Assembly (NCBI GenBank): GCA_001949185.1
Contig: BDGG01000013.1
Location: 1,250,862-1,314,861 of the forward strand
Source: Ramazzottius varieornatus
Taxonomy: Eukaryota; Animalia; Tardigrada
DNA length: 64,000 nt
Direction: 5' to 3'
The notes beneath the pieces are model-generated. The model saw only the letters and a program-made list of their open reading frames with translations. It made no database searches and was not told the origin of the DNA. The position numbers were made by a program, and so were the translations under genes. Below, piece after piece: positions 39,201 through 51,264 of this stretch (its first letter is position 1; every line of letters begins with the position of its first letter).

Positions 39201-41013
39201 GAAACAGCTTTAGGACTTTTCATAACTGGTCGATCTGTGTTTCCAGTGATTGTTTTTCTCGGATACGCCTCGGACTTCCGACAGTTCATGGTGAGATGGC
39301 TTACACTCAAGAGAGTAAATTCATGGGGGGGGGGGTCACGATAGTGTGCCCAGAACTTTTTCATGATACAATGTAGTCATTAAAAGGAGTCTGAATCTTA
39401 TGTTTTTTATTCTTGACAGCTGCAAGTGAAAAGGGCGGAAATGACGAACGGGGAATACGTAAGTAGTTTTGCTACAATGAAATCACAAAATGGTTTCTGT
39501 AACACTTGAGATACCTATACGAGGTAAACGACATAATTCAGGGATAGTGGTTTTTTCACTCGTAATTCGGGCATATTTTTTCTCAGCTCTTGCTGCGCGT
39601 AATGAACTGCCTCGTTTCCTGAGGTAGACCGGTCCCTCCCCTTGAGGTTTTAATAAGTTTGAGAACGACAAAGCGGTGTGGAGCACGGGAATTTGGCCTG
39701 GGAGAGGGATGGGTCTGTCCAATATCGAAAAGCCTGATGTTGTATCAACAGGCGTACGATGAGAGATGAATCAAGCGTTGACATTAATGTTCAAACTTTT
39801 CGTGTTGCTGAATTATGGTGCGAAAATCTGTATGCCAGAATTATGTCGTTTACCTCGTAGCATCATTGTCCGGCAGGTATATTTGGCGTATGAGCCCTTT
39901 CGCCATCCAACCTTTTACGGAAACTACACGTGGAAGTACGGCGACCAGTTTGATGAGGTAAAGAAGACAATTCTTTCAGTGGACATCTCATGCCGAAACG
40001 ATTACAATGCTCTATTGTAGGAAGCACAAGTAGCTTACGAGTCGGTCTTCCTCGTGACTTTTCCCCAAGAGAACTCAAGTAACGGACGACTAGTGGGCTT
40101 ATACGACACGTTCAAAAACATATCGAAACTTGTCTTCAATTTAACTTATGCGCCACTTGAAACGGTAAACAGCATCATTGATCACGATTCAGACGCTTCA
40201 AGTCGTGACGTCACGACTGAATGGAAATACATCTAAATTTCTTCTGTGTCCCCGTAGCCGAATCCGTTTGTGACAGCCGCTTATGAGGATGTTATATTGT
40301 TTGGTCACGGGCTGGAAGAGGCTTTGAACGATTCATCCAGGATTGTTGATCTGAGCGATGGTTCTGCTTTCGCAAGACGGTACTGGAACAGGACATTCTG
40401 GCTGGACACTGGTCCGATCGAGTTCGACGAAGTGGGTGAACGAAAGCAGCCGCTAATAATCCAGCAGTTCCAGAAAGGTGGCGTCTGGCCCATTACGGTT
40501 ATGACCTTGGATGCTTCCGCGAACGAGTTTGCAGACGTCGCTTCGATTAGCTGGAAAGTACCTTTTCCACCGCCAAACGAACCAGCATGTGGGTTCCTCG
40601 GAACCAATGTCATATGTTGGAAGAAGGGTGAGAACGAGGGCCTTCCACAACATCCATTATACGCCTTACCTGACTACTCTTTTTCTATTCTGTCACACCG
40701 TTTTTGCAGATGCAAACTTCACGATTGTCATTACTTCTATCATATCTGTACTGGTAGCACTCATGTTGCTACTTTTACTGTGGGCTAGGATATGGTAAGC
40801 TGTTAGTGAACCCTTCGCAGTTTGACGTGACTCGTGTAACCTGGAAGTCCAAAATCACGTGTGCGGCTTAACGGCGCGCGTTTTCGTTGCAGGCGGAGGT
40901 CACTGCTACCAGATGGGCAAAAGTCTTTCGGGTGGCTGGACTTCCAAGTACAAGGGGAGCTGTGCAAACCACGTCTCCCACACGGGATGGTTGAACGATA
41001 CAGTTCATGTTGA
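36212..41013 (+). CDS. Natriuretic-peptide-receptor-like single-pass receptor (gene A), ANF-receptor ectodomain, short tail, no cyclase
   Basis: Signal peptide; LPYIAPGMIVALD, GCTERL..GWN, FRNKTLYPN, MTNGEYVYLAYE, WNRTF, TGPIEFDEVGERK, PPPNEPACGF; TM FTIVITSIISVLVALMLLLLLW; terminal exon RRSLLP...GWLDFQV...YSSC* (stop 41011-41013); 10 in-phase exons. Confidence 0.88.
37349..38160. mobile_element. Non-autonomous TIR element, copy 2 (inverted relative to 5193-6004), in intron 1 of gene A
   Basis: Reverse complement aligns end to end with 5193-6004 with only scattered substitutions. Confidence 0.88.
38446..38757. mobile_element. Mariner-like MITE (TA TSD), copy 1
   Basis: TIR cgaggtaaacgacataattcgggc / gcccgaattatgtcgtttacctcg, TA flanks. 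Confidence 0.9.
39520..39857. mobile_element. Mariner-like MITE (TA TSD), copy 2, opposite orientation
   Basis: Same TIR; internal sequence is a diverged reverse complement of 38446-38757. Confidence 0.9.
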
Positions 41014-43975
41014 GGTGTCTGATCATGTTGAGGTCTACCGTACGGGTACATTTTGTCTCACCGATATGGTGAGAAAACGCCATAGTCATGCAAATATTAA
41101 TTTACGGAGAATTTTGACGTATATGCCTTCCTCCAGTCAGTTTTAACGAGGTAACCTTCGTGAGGCGAAAGAAAGCATGCTCTGCCTCAGTTTTCCTATA
41201 AATAATCGTGTTTTGCACGACGACATCACGAGATATGTTTTCGCCGAGATCCCAGGCACTCTGGTGCAGGCACATAGGAAGGCTCTGCGGGAATTCCAGG
41301 CTTCTTCTGTAAACAGTGGGCAGAGTGAGCTCAGATTACATATGTCACACAGCCGTCACTTCGGGGGACGCGCGTACAAACAAGCGTGACCTTCTGAAGA
41401 AAAAGAAAATCAATGGGGATTTGTTTGGTCCAGGTCGGGTTCTACCTTACAACTGGGTAATCTCCATGTTCCAAAGGCAATATCGACCATTCATCTTGAC
41501 CTTCCTCTTGACTTTCTTCAAAAGGCTTGCTCAATCTAGAGGTCTAGTGTGCGGAGAACTCAGTGTATGTTCACAGCGCACGACCCGAGTTTCCTGAAAC
41601 TTGATCGCAGTATGCTCCGCCTTTGTCGAAATGTTGCTGGTCGACATTACTCACACCTTTCATGTAGAAAATGTTTCACGGTCTCTGATCGTTTTACCGG
41701 TTTTTATGGATAGAAAGCACAAAGAGCTTATCAAACGTTGCTCGTGATATAACGGCTCCTACCGATAACGCGAAAAATCAACAGCATTCGTGCTTGAGTA
41801 CGAACTCGAAAGTAGATCGCTGAAAGATTTCAACCTTACGTACGCGGTAGATGAAAAGGTACATGCGTAACGAATCGGTCTGTACAGAGATCGAGCTGCA
41901 GAAGTTCCCAGGCCATCCAGATTTCGGGACCTTTCTTCTGTCGAATTTGCTGCCAAATCTCTTTTTAACGACGTCTTACGAAAGTATATTGCTGTTCGGC
42001 ATTGTGCTCGAAGAACTCTTGTCCACGTCCACCGCGATTAATATGAACGACGGTGCTTCAACACTTCGTCAACCGGGCTTTTACGCTGACCACCGGCCCG
42101 ATCACGTTTGACGAAGTTGGAGAACGACAACAACCGCTGATCATTCGGCAGTTTCAGGGAAGTTCTGTGTGGCCCTTAACGGTCATGGCGCTGGACGCAT
42201 GTGCGGAATCATTCAGAGGTGTCCGAGAAGTTCTTTGGCCAGTGCCTTTTCCGCCACCCAATGAACCTGCGTGTGGATTTTATGGCACAAGGGACCAGTG
42301 CCGTGCGGATGGTGGGACCAGTAGCGCGCCAGGGACCGAAAATTGCGGTAGCCGGAGCATATGGCCACGGAAGTCCAGAAAAAGTTCCGGTAGCCCCCAG
42401 AACTCAAGGGTGACCCTTCTGGACCCTCTGAAAACTTAAGGGAAAACTCGTTTTCACAGTGGGGACTTTCAAAACCCACCGCTCTTTCACAGGGGCAGAT
42501 CATTCCGCGTTTTTATGTGAGAAACGACAAGTTCCGATAAGACACGTAAAATATTTTAAAAGAACTAACACGAGAAAGTCAGATCTAAACAAGACAGCCA
42601 TGGAAGACCACTAAGTCTCCCTTCTGGCGGAAAACCGAGCGAGCTATATGGCGTCCAGCAGACCATCCTCGCTGGCGTCCGAGATTTTGGCCTTTTTTGG
42701 GCGAAGGGGTGTGGACTGGCGGGCCTTCCTTCGCCAGTACAGGGCCAAGGCGAGGAGCCCCAAAATAACGAGGCATGCCACAAGCATGCCCCACAAGTTA
42801 GGGTTGTCCATCAGACGGTCGTCGTGGTGGACATCGCTGTGGATGGGGTGGGAGCAAACGTGGTGGAGGTGGTCTCGGTGGTCGTGCCGACGTCCGTCGT
42901 CCAGTTTCGATACTGGCTAGCAAGCTTCATGTAATCCACTGCAAAGTAGAAAGTATAAGGACGGCGGACGTCGGCACGGCTACCGAGACGGAACACCAAA
43001 CACCACTTCATCACACGGCGATGTCCACCACAAAACGACCACTTACCGCGACGTCCGTAGGACTCGGCCAGTTGGCCATAGCTTCGGCGAGGGATCCTGT
43101 AGTCCATCCTAGTGGTAAGGGAAAGGTGGAAAAGAGAAGAGGAAGCGTCGAGGAAGAGAAACGCGGTGGGAGGCTGCAGGAATCAATGTTTGGATTAGGT
43201 TCGGATAAATTTTGAACAGTGTGCATTACTCATGGAGTGCGCATTGCGCATTGTGGTGCGCATGCGCACTCTCATGTGCAATGCACACTGCAACAATTTA
43301 ATCGAATTTGGTCTCATATCATGACTCTGGCAGGCTCCTTCCCCAGAAAAATACCGCACGAGGTGGACGGGATGCATTGATGATTTTTCGGTATCAGGAT
43401 ATTCAAGCCGACTTCGGCGTTCACCGCCTGATTGCTCGTTGGTTCATACGATATCGTATACTAACTGATCTATCTACAGACTCGATGAGGCTGGCCGTAG
43501 TACTAGTAGACGTTAAGAGATAGATACTAATCCGAAATCACAATTGTCATTTCTTGGTTTGTAGATTGTAAATAACATAACTACAACTGTCTAGTTCACA
43601 CCAGAAATTCGATGAAATATGTTTTTTGGGAGGAAGCCAGGTCGACGCAACGTTGAACAGTTTATTTGACGTACTACGGTAGACACGATATATCATTCAG
43701 ACGTTATACCGGTAGTGACCGCCCACTTTTCGTTTTGACTTCAGCGCGGAAAATTTTACTCTTTTGACGCAAATCTATGCGAAACGCGAATGGCCACTTC
43801 TTACCGAAAGATAAAACGAATTGCTTTTCGAATAACTTTGTAATGTGTTCTGAGAAGGATATACCATTCATTACTGTACTTAGAAGGATGACTCTTGATA
43901 AAATTCGAAGAACTGCAGAAGTGCCGTTTGTATTTATATAGGAAGCATACGAGTCTCAGAGTGGTGTTGATGTGG

Positions 43976-44385
43976 TCAGTCAACAGATGGCGACGGACCG
44001 GTAAACTTGACCGCTACCACAAACCAGTGTTCTCCTCGTTCATTTGGTGTTGCTGTGTTCAAAATAAAATACAGTGTTCGACCGGTTCCACCATGAAGAC
44101 ATGCGTGTTTGAACAGGGCACCGTTCATGAAAACGAGGTAACTCGTGAAATAAAAGTTCGCAGTTATGACAGACTCCGTCATCATCAGTCGAAGTCTGAG
44201 CAGATTCTTGACTTCGGAGGTCGACAGCCATGCGTTGTTTGTCTCTTTTATGTTACAAAGTTTCTTGGTTTGACTGGTTCGCGCGGTGCTTGTAGCTCTT
44301 TCCAGTTCGGACTGCGTCAACTGGAGTCTCCCTGCAGTGTACAGTTGTGCCGCCGCATCAACCGCGATATAGTCGATCGTTACTT
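43976..44385 (-). pseudogene. Ulp1/SENP- or adenain-like (clan CE) cysteine protease fragment inside the 8-bp-TSD element
   Basis: WLSTSEVKNLL ... FYFTSYLVF ... YFILNTATPNERGEHWFVVAV; the frame stops before catalytic Asp/Cys motifs. Confidence 0.6.
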
Positions 44386-45300
44386 TTCCACGTCATTTCT
44401 TGAAATGGCGACGAGGAACTGAGACCGAGAGCCTCACATGGACAGCAGGAAAAAGGGATATATTTCACCATTTTTCGATCTAAAAGATCAGTTTAGTCGT
44501 GCATAATGGAGTGTGTTTAACGATAAATTTCTGTAACGGATCTTTACCTGAAAGGTACTCTCGTTGAGGGGAATAGGTGGTTGGGTTTTGCGGTCGTTGG
44601 CAAGTCGGAAAACAGCATTCTGATACAAGGCCGGTCCTCCACTGAAAGATTCACTTGGAATCCACTACCAACATTCCTCGACGAAAGGTAATCCGGGGCA
44701 GAAGGAAAGGTCAATTATATTATAACTCCTTTGATCAGTGAAATTTTCCTTGTCAAGAAGTATATAATGGCTTGTCGAATATTCGTCCGAAAGTGGCAGT
44801 ACGAACCGCGACTGCTCCTTCACTCTATCCCAGAGGACAACTGTATAGCTAGACAAGTCGTGTAAAAAGGGATCCTCCATAAAACTTCTTCTGCTTCTTG
44901 ATTCTTCATTAGGGCAATAGTTCCAGCTCGATGAAACCGCGGCGGCGGAATGATTCTCCATGTAGGTGGTACAAGCTATGACAGTTTATTTCCGGAATAC
45001 GGTAATTACAGTTTCCATCAGATCGGGCTCAGGTAAAACAACTTTTTAGAAAGTTTTGCGGTGACGGCCTTTTTACTTCCGGTCAGCGAATCTACCGAGT
45101 GCCGATAGTAAAACTCAATAACTTTCCGTTGCTATTCGACGTTTCCATCATTCACTCGTCAAAGCTCAAAGCTCGCTCACATTTAAAAATATCTCTGTCG
45201 GGTACCATGAAGTTTTACCCACTTCCATATGGTGAACGAGTACTGACCGCAGCAGGCATTAGAAGTTTCAATAGAAAAGGCAAGAGCTGAAAATAACTCA

Positions 45301-47792
45301 CGAGGGGATTTTTCCAATCCGCCGCCTCTGATCCTCAAACCGACATCACAGGTGGATAGAGAAGAGTTTTCTCTATAGTCTGATCCGGAAACCTGGTCAT
45401 ATTTCCGTTCCTGGAATAAACTGCAGGAACCGAAAGTTACGCGGTACTGTACATTGACCGAGGCTCAATCAATAAGTTTGATTGACTCATAGTTGATTGG
45501 CCAAAATTGATTGTTCCTTCCATCATATGAGCTTGTCGCTGTCGCATGACGCATCTTTTGTTCATTCTTTCCTCCACAATCTTCCCACAACACTGCGATG
45601 TACTCCATCAATCCCTTGAACGTGCTAAAGCTCCTGGAAGAGGAATACAAACTCCGGTATCAACCGGACGATGCGCCAAGTGACGCGGACAAGCAGCTGA
45701 AAGACCTTATCAAAGGTAGATATTTTTCCGAAGGTTCAATGCAGAAGTAAGAGGTTTTGTTTCACCGGATTGTTGGAATATTCTAGATCTTATTGACATC
45801 AAAATTGCTCGAAGCGACAGTCCCGTGCTGGAGGTTGAAGAGGACTTGCAGGGGGACTTACAGCTCGACGGGCTAACGTTCGACGACTTTGAAAAGACGG
45901 CGGGTGGTGCTGACCTGTTGAACGGTAGCGCCGAACGTTATTTCTTCGAAGATGATCGCTTGAACGAGCCCGTTACAAGTGACACTGAACCTTCGTCCCA
46001 CGAAATATTTGTTCCGCGACTCCCAGATTCAAGAGTTCCGTCAAGCCAAGCTGTCAATCTCGACTACAAGAAACGTGCTGTTGATTACTGGTGTAACGAT
46101 ACAGCAAAGAAACGGCGGAGCTTGTCTTCAGTCCGAAACCATTTCACAAAAGTTCGGGACGAACGACAGCTAAGAGACTGGAAGAAACAGCTAGCTGGAG
46201 GCGGATCCCGATTCGACAAATTGAAAGTCATTCGCTTCGAGACAGCAAAGCAGTACTTCATGGCCAAGCAGAAGAGACAAGTAGTCAAGGATTTGAATCT
46301 TCAACGATGGGCGATACCCGCGAATAATGATGTGGATCTACCTGGTTTCACCGCTTCGCCGTACTGGGTGTCAAAATTCAAACGGTAATTGATACTGTGC
46401 AAGAATTTACTTATCGATTCAACGAAGGCAAATCTTCTGTATTTGAACGTCGGCAAACGACTTCACCTGAATCGTCAGTTCAAGTAGCGCACGCTACCGT
46501 ACTCAATAAGTGACAGCGGCGCCACTTGAAAAAAACGACCTTTTCCAATTTGCTGGCAGTGTTCCGATGACATTCATGCTATTTTGGCAGGTACTACGGA
46601 ATATTTGATCGAAAGATAACGAAGTTCGTCACAAAGAAGTCCCTCGAAGCAGCTCCCCAAGTCAAGCAAAGTGCAGAAGAGTGTGTTGCGCTGGTCAGAT
46701 CCAGAATAGCGGAGCACGGATTGGACTGTCTTTGGAACACGGATCAGTCGGGAGTTGGATATGAGATGAGGCCCGGGAGAACTTTGGAGCAGAAAGGCGT
46801 GAAACCCGTCGAGGCTATAACCCAGTCCGAAAATTCCATGACCCATTCCTATACTGTCATGATGACAATCTCTCCCGGCACACGAAAGTTTCATCCTATT
46901 TTGTTCATCACCCCGAAAGAAGAAAAAGGAGTCTTTGGCCCAATCGTGTCGAAAACGATGTTCAAAGCTGATGACCTGTACATCACTGCGTCGACATCGG
47001 GAAAAATGACGAAGAAGCCCTACCTGGAATGGTCCGAAAAAGTGTTGTTTCCGCACATGGAAGACCGCTGTATCCTTCTGGCTGACTCCTGGAAGACGTT
47101 CACCGATCAGGACGCTGTTATCGAACTCAAGCCCGAAGAGCTGCAGTACGAGATGATCACCATACCTCCCAAAGTGACTGGTAGTATCCAGCCGTTGGAT
47201 GTTCTTTGCTTCCGGATGTGCAAGGGATGTTTCAAAAAGATCTCAAATTTCGTGTTTGTTAATGATATTCCTGTACATGTCCATCATAGGGACGTAATCC
47301 TAAAACTTCATTCCTTACTGTATCAGCAGTTTCAGTCACCCACATTCGAGAACCTAATTGTACGTGCCTGGTTCAAGTCGGGATATACGGATAAACGGGT
47401 ACAGTATGTGAACCCCGCAAGCTTCATGTTCAAGAAGCTGAATGGCCGCTGCATTCATAATAACTGTAAGAATACTGTCCTTCTGGTCTGTGGGTGGTGC
47501 AAAGGTCGCCTCTGTTTTCACCATTTCTATGATGTTCATCATTTCTGTACCATCTACCTGCCTTAATGTTTTTTTGAGTTTTCCACTAGATATCTTTACG
47601 AGGACGGAAGTAACAGGTTAACTTGTAGCGCCACCTGTGTTGGAATGTTGACGTAACTTCCGGTTCCTGCAGTTTATTCCAGGAACGGAAATATGACCAG
47701 GTTTCCGGATCAGACTACAGAAAAAACTCTTCTCTATCCACCTGTGATGTCGGTTTGAGGATCAGGGGCGGCGGATTGGAAAAATCCCCTCG
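45301..47792 (+). mobile_element. Tc4/Tc5-type (pogo-related) DNA transposon, nested
   Basis: ~141-bp near-perfect TIRs (cgaggggatttttccaatccgcc...); TCA duplicated on both sides (45298-45300, 47793-47795); reconstructed empty site CTCAG. Confidence 0.92.
45598..47566 (+). CDS. Tc5-like DDD transposase, 3 exons, about 563 aa, no stop or frameshift seen
   Basis: Exons 45598-45715, 45787-46384, 46591-47566 join in frame. CENP-B-like HTH (FTASPYWVSKFKR), NTDQSG / LADSW / QPLDV triad with 37 residues between D2 and D3, C-terminal CxxxxC...CGWC...CFHHF motif. Confidence 0.88.
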
Positions 47793-49092
47793 TCAGTGAC
47801 TAACCGCTGAAATAGGGATTACATATGGGCCCATAGCGAGCTCCTGGCATACTCATTACATAGAAGACCGCGAACGCCTCCCATCTCATGCACATATCCG
47901 TCAGAGCCTCAGCTGCGGTAGCGACATCTCGGAGTGAAGTGGCGTACTGATCCCTTTACGTCTACCGCTGTTTTGCGTCAGTTCACTAAAAGTAGCGTAC
48001 TGTAAATGAGTTACTGCCCAGCTTTTCATCGAAAATCACCCCGGTAAAGTGGCGGACGACTACAGTATAAATTTTAGCAATACCACGCCACTTTTTGAAT
48101 TTACGAACAAAAACCTGAAGTTTTCCCCTGGCTTGCCCCCAGACCCCCTTTGGCTACCGATACGGTTTAAAAATCCCGGTAGCCCGGTAGCCATTTCTAC
48201 TGGTTAGAGCTCAGAATCGCGGGGGCCACGGCTACCGGTACCACTGTGTGGCGCGCCTCTGGGTGGGACAGCATTTAGCCAAAACCGTGTGGGATTGTGC
48301 TCGACTTAGCGCGAGGCAGACTCGCACGAAACTTTTTCTCTATTTCCAGATACAGTACTTCGCTCAGGTTTCCTGCTACCGATGGGTGTTTTGTGCTGGG
48401 TCTCTGCTAGCTCCCTTTTTGCCACAAGCCTTTTTCACATTAAAATAAACTAATTTTTCTGTGGCTAAACCTCGGCCTACCGTCGGCTTCCCAGTGAAGC
48501 TGAGGGTTTTGCGAGGTAAGCCTGATGTGCTGATGTCGCACCAGCACAAACCATAAAAAATCCAGACGGTTCTGTGATTCCACCCGAGAGGGAGGTGGAG
48601 CTTGGTAAAGCTAGGGTTTTGATTCGTAATTTGCTTGCTTCCGGTCGTTTGCTGACTTTTGCGAAATTTCGTTTTCGGAAGTTCAACCCTCAACAGTTGT
48701 CCGACATTTTCTTCATCTCTATGATCTTAACTCGCAAACCGTCGCGATATACGATCGTCAGGGATATCTAGCTTATCAGGAACGGAGCTCCGAAGACAGA
48801 AAACGAACGGAGAACGACAGAATCGGAGGAGCTGACTCTCTGCAGCCATTACACTCCAAACTGCTGACTGGAGTCAGCTGTGTGATTCCTGAGCCGATTT
48901 TTAACGCTTACAGCACTAAGCTTTTCGTGTTTGCAAAATGCGATCGTTCTCTTTGTGAGTACACGAATTTGATTGGCTGAAAGCAGGGGTGGGACTTGAA
49001 ACATCCAGTAGCGCACATCCCGTATCAAGTGGCGCGTGTTACCATTCAATATGTGAAAAGCTCTCAACTTAGCGAAACACATCTTTCAAAGT

Positions 49093-51001
49093 TTATTTCA
49101 GTAAATTCTGCGTCTTCGCGCATACGACACAGACCACCGTTTGAACAGAACTTCTATGGTCAGCACAAACAGCAACCTTACAAAAGCTACAGCTGAGCCT
49201 ACTTCTTTTTTGAGTGGTATGGTGGCAGAATCTGCGGCGTTGTTGTGCCTTAGTTCCGCTTGCAACGGAAGGATTGCTTTCTGCCTTACCGTCTAACAGA
49301 ATATTCAGGGAAATCTTTATCAGCAACTTTACATCTGATGGAATACTGGCGGAGGTGAAGCGGCGGCGTAAGTGGCTTTCCATGAGGTTCCTGCTAAGTT
49401 CGTGTAGGTACTTCCGACGTCGGATGAGAGATTTAGCATGCCAGTCCGGGTTCTGCGCAGTCCATACAACGTACGAGTTCAACGCGGAGATGTCGACGAT
49501 ATCGTAAAATAGCGCCATTGGCCATCTACAGGTTTTCCGACGAACACTGTAGTTTCCAGTCAGCTGATCCAGAGTGTCCACACCGGCTTTCGTACGATTG
49601 TAGTGCGCAACGATCTCAGGTTTCTCTTCTGAGCTTTCCTCATCAACTTCTCTAAAAAATAAATCGTGACGTCACCAAAGAGAAACGGCTGTGCAGCGGT
49701 CATACTGATTCACAACGCTTTCGTCGTGAAGTCATGAGCAACAGCTGCACCAAGCGTAGTTTGGTCCTGTTGCGCACTGCGTCACAGGTGTAACATGGGC
49801 ACTCGTCTTTACGGCTTGCAAATACGTCATTCGTCACTTACTGGGAAAAATGCATGGAGCTCAACAGCACTACAGCTTTCCCCTTCTTCGGAACGTAAGA
49901 CACCAGAGTGAAATCGGGCTTGTGGCCGAAGTAGGAGGAAAATGCAGCGTGGCTCTTGCTTGGCAGGAAGGCGGAAGGAATTTCTTTACGGTTCTTACGC
50001 ATTGTTCCCACGAGAGAAATGTTTTTCTTGAGAAGAGCTTCTCCCAACATCAAGGAAGTGAAGAAATTGTGTGTGGTCACGTTTCTTCCCGACGGGTTTC
50101 CCAGATATTCCACCAGATCAAGAACCACTCGCTGTCCTTGATTCTTCTCAGCTGCTCCACCAGGAGCCTTTCCGGTGTAAAGCTGGATGTTGCAGCAGTA
50201 GGAAGTCCTACAGCCACAAAGGAGAAAAAGATTCAGGCCGTACTTGCTTCTTGGTTTTGTCGGAATATATTGCTTGAAGCCGCACCGCCCTTTAAAAGGA
50301 AAGAGTTGTTCGTCCACGCACAGAAATTCGTAGGGAAGGTAGTTCTCGCGGAGCGCTATACTCCACAAGTCGGACAACTCCTGGACTTGGGCCATCTTGT
50401 TAATCGCTACCCGGGCTTCTCGAGAAGGTTTGTCGTCAAACCGCAGGCTGCAAGTAATCTGGGTGAAGCGCTCCCGAGACATACAGGCGCGATGAACTCC
50501 TTTTCCTTCGCTTCCGCTCCACAGTTCACACACTGGTACAGTACCGTCATTCATTATTCCCTGTAGAAGTAGAATTCCCAAGTACGCATCTAGCACCACA
50601 GGATCCAGTTTGACCCAACCATCACCGTACTGCGTTTTCCCCTCTTCATTTGTGAACCGGATGATCAGATCTTTCACTTGTGGCGTGAAGAAAAGGTTGA
50701 ACGTGTCCATGAGCGTCACGACTCGCGATCTCGCGCTGGGAGTAACGCCAGGCTGACCGGTCATCTTATTGACAGTTCGAGTTTTACCACTGTCTAGAGG
50801 AAAGCGTTCCCACTTTATGTCGGGATTTCGGGCAAGGAACGGGCTCACGTCGTTCAGTTGGTACAAGACGCCATCGTCGTCGTCACTCAGCGTATCAGAC
50901 TGCTCAGCTTCCACTTCTACCCCGTCAGGTTCGGCAATGGTTTCCACGCTGTCTTCCTCTCCATTGCTGTCGCTTCCACTCGTCTCATCATCCAGGTCCA
51001 T
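49093..51001 (-). CDS. piggyBac-family transposase (PGBD-like), one intron, second catalytic Asp replaced by His
   Basis: MSRERF, LRFDD, CVDEQL, KQYIPTKP.KYG, TTHNFF (normally TxDNFF), VGTMRKNR, LLSSMH | YNRTKAGVDTLDQ, RWPMALF, Cys-rich C-terminus; intron 49652-49841 restores frame. Element termini not identified. Confidence 0.88.
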
Positions 51002-51264
51002 TCCCTAGAACACTTTTCGACATGAACTACAAATAATACGGTGGAGTATTCAAATGAATGGCTGCGGCGCAGCTTATTCGCGATACAGTAAAGCTCGTAT
51101 TCACGTACGTTCGTACGTTTGATTGTTTATTGGACTGCACTGTGTACCATACTCGTAAGCAACACCCTGGTTACAAACCAATCAAGATCAAAACGGGTTA
51201 GAAATCTGTACGCACAGAAGCAATGTTTGGACCAATCAACAATCAATTGAAGGAGAGAAAACAG

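Larger units (their letters stand above)
42319..48261. mobile_element. DNA transposon with 8-bp TSD and hAT-like termini; non-autonomous, carries cargo and a nested element
   Basis: TSD ggtgggac at 42311-42318 and 48262-48269; TIR cagtagcgcgcca / tggcgcgcctctg; subterminal ccggtagc/gctaccg repeats. The uninterrupted paralogous site is visible at 61694-61701. Confidence 0.92.
41710..48415 (+). pseudogene. NPR-like pseudogene (paralog of gene C) split by a 5.9-kb insertion
   Basis: KAQRAYQTLLVI* with frameshifts, PNLFLTTSYESILLFG, TGPITFDEVGERQ...EPACGFYGTRDQCR at 41710-42318. Intron and degraded TM exon resume at 48262-48415. Confidence 0.85.
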
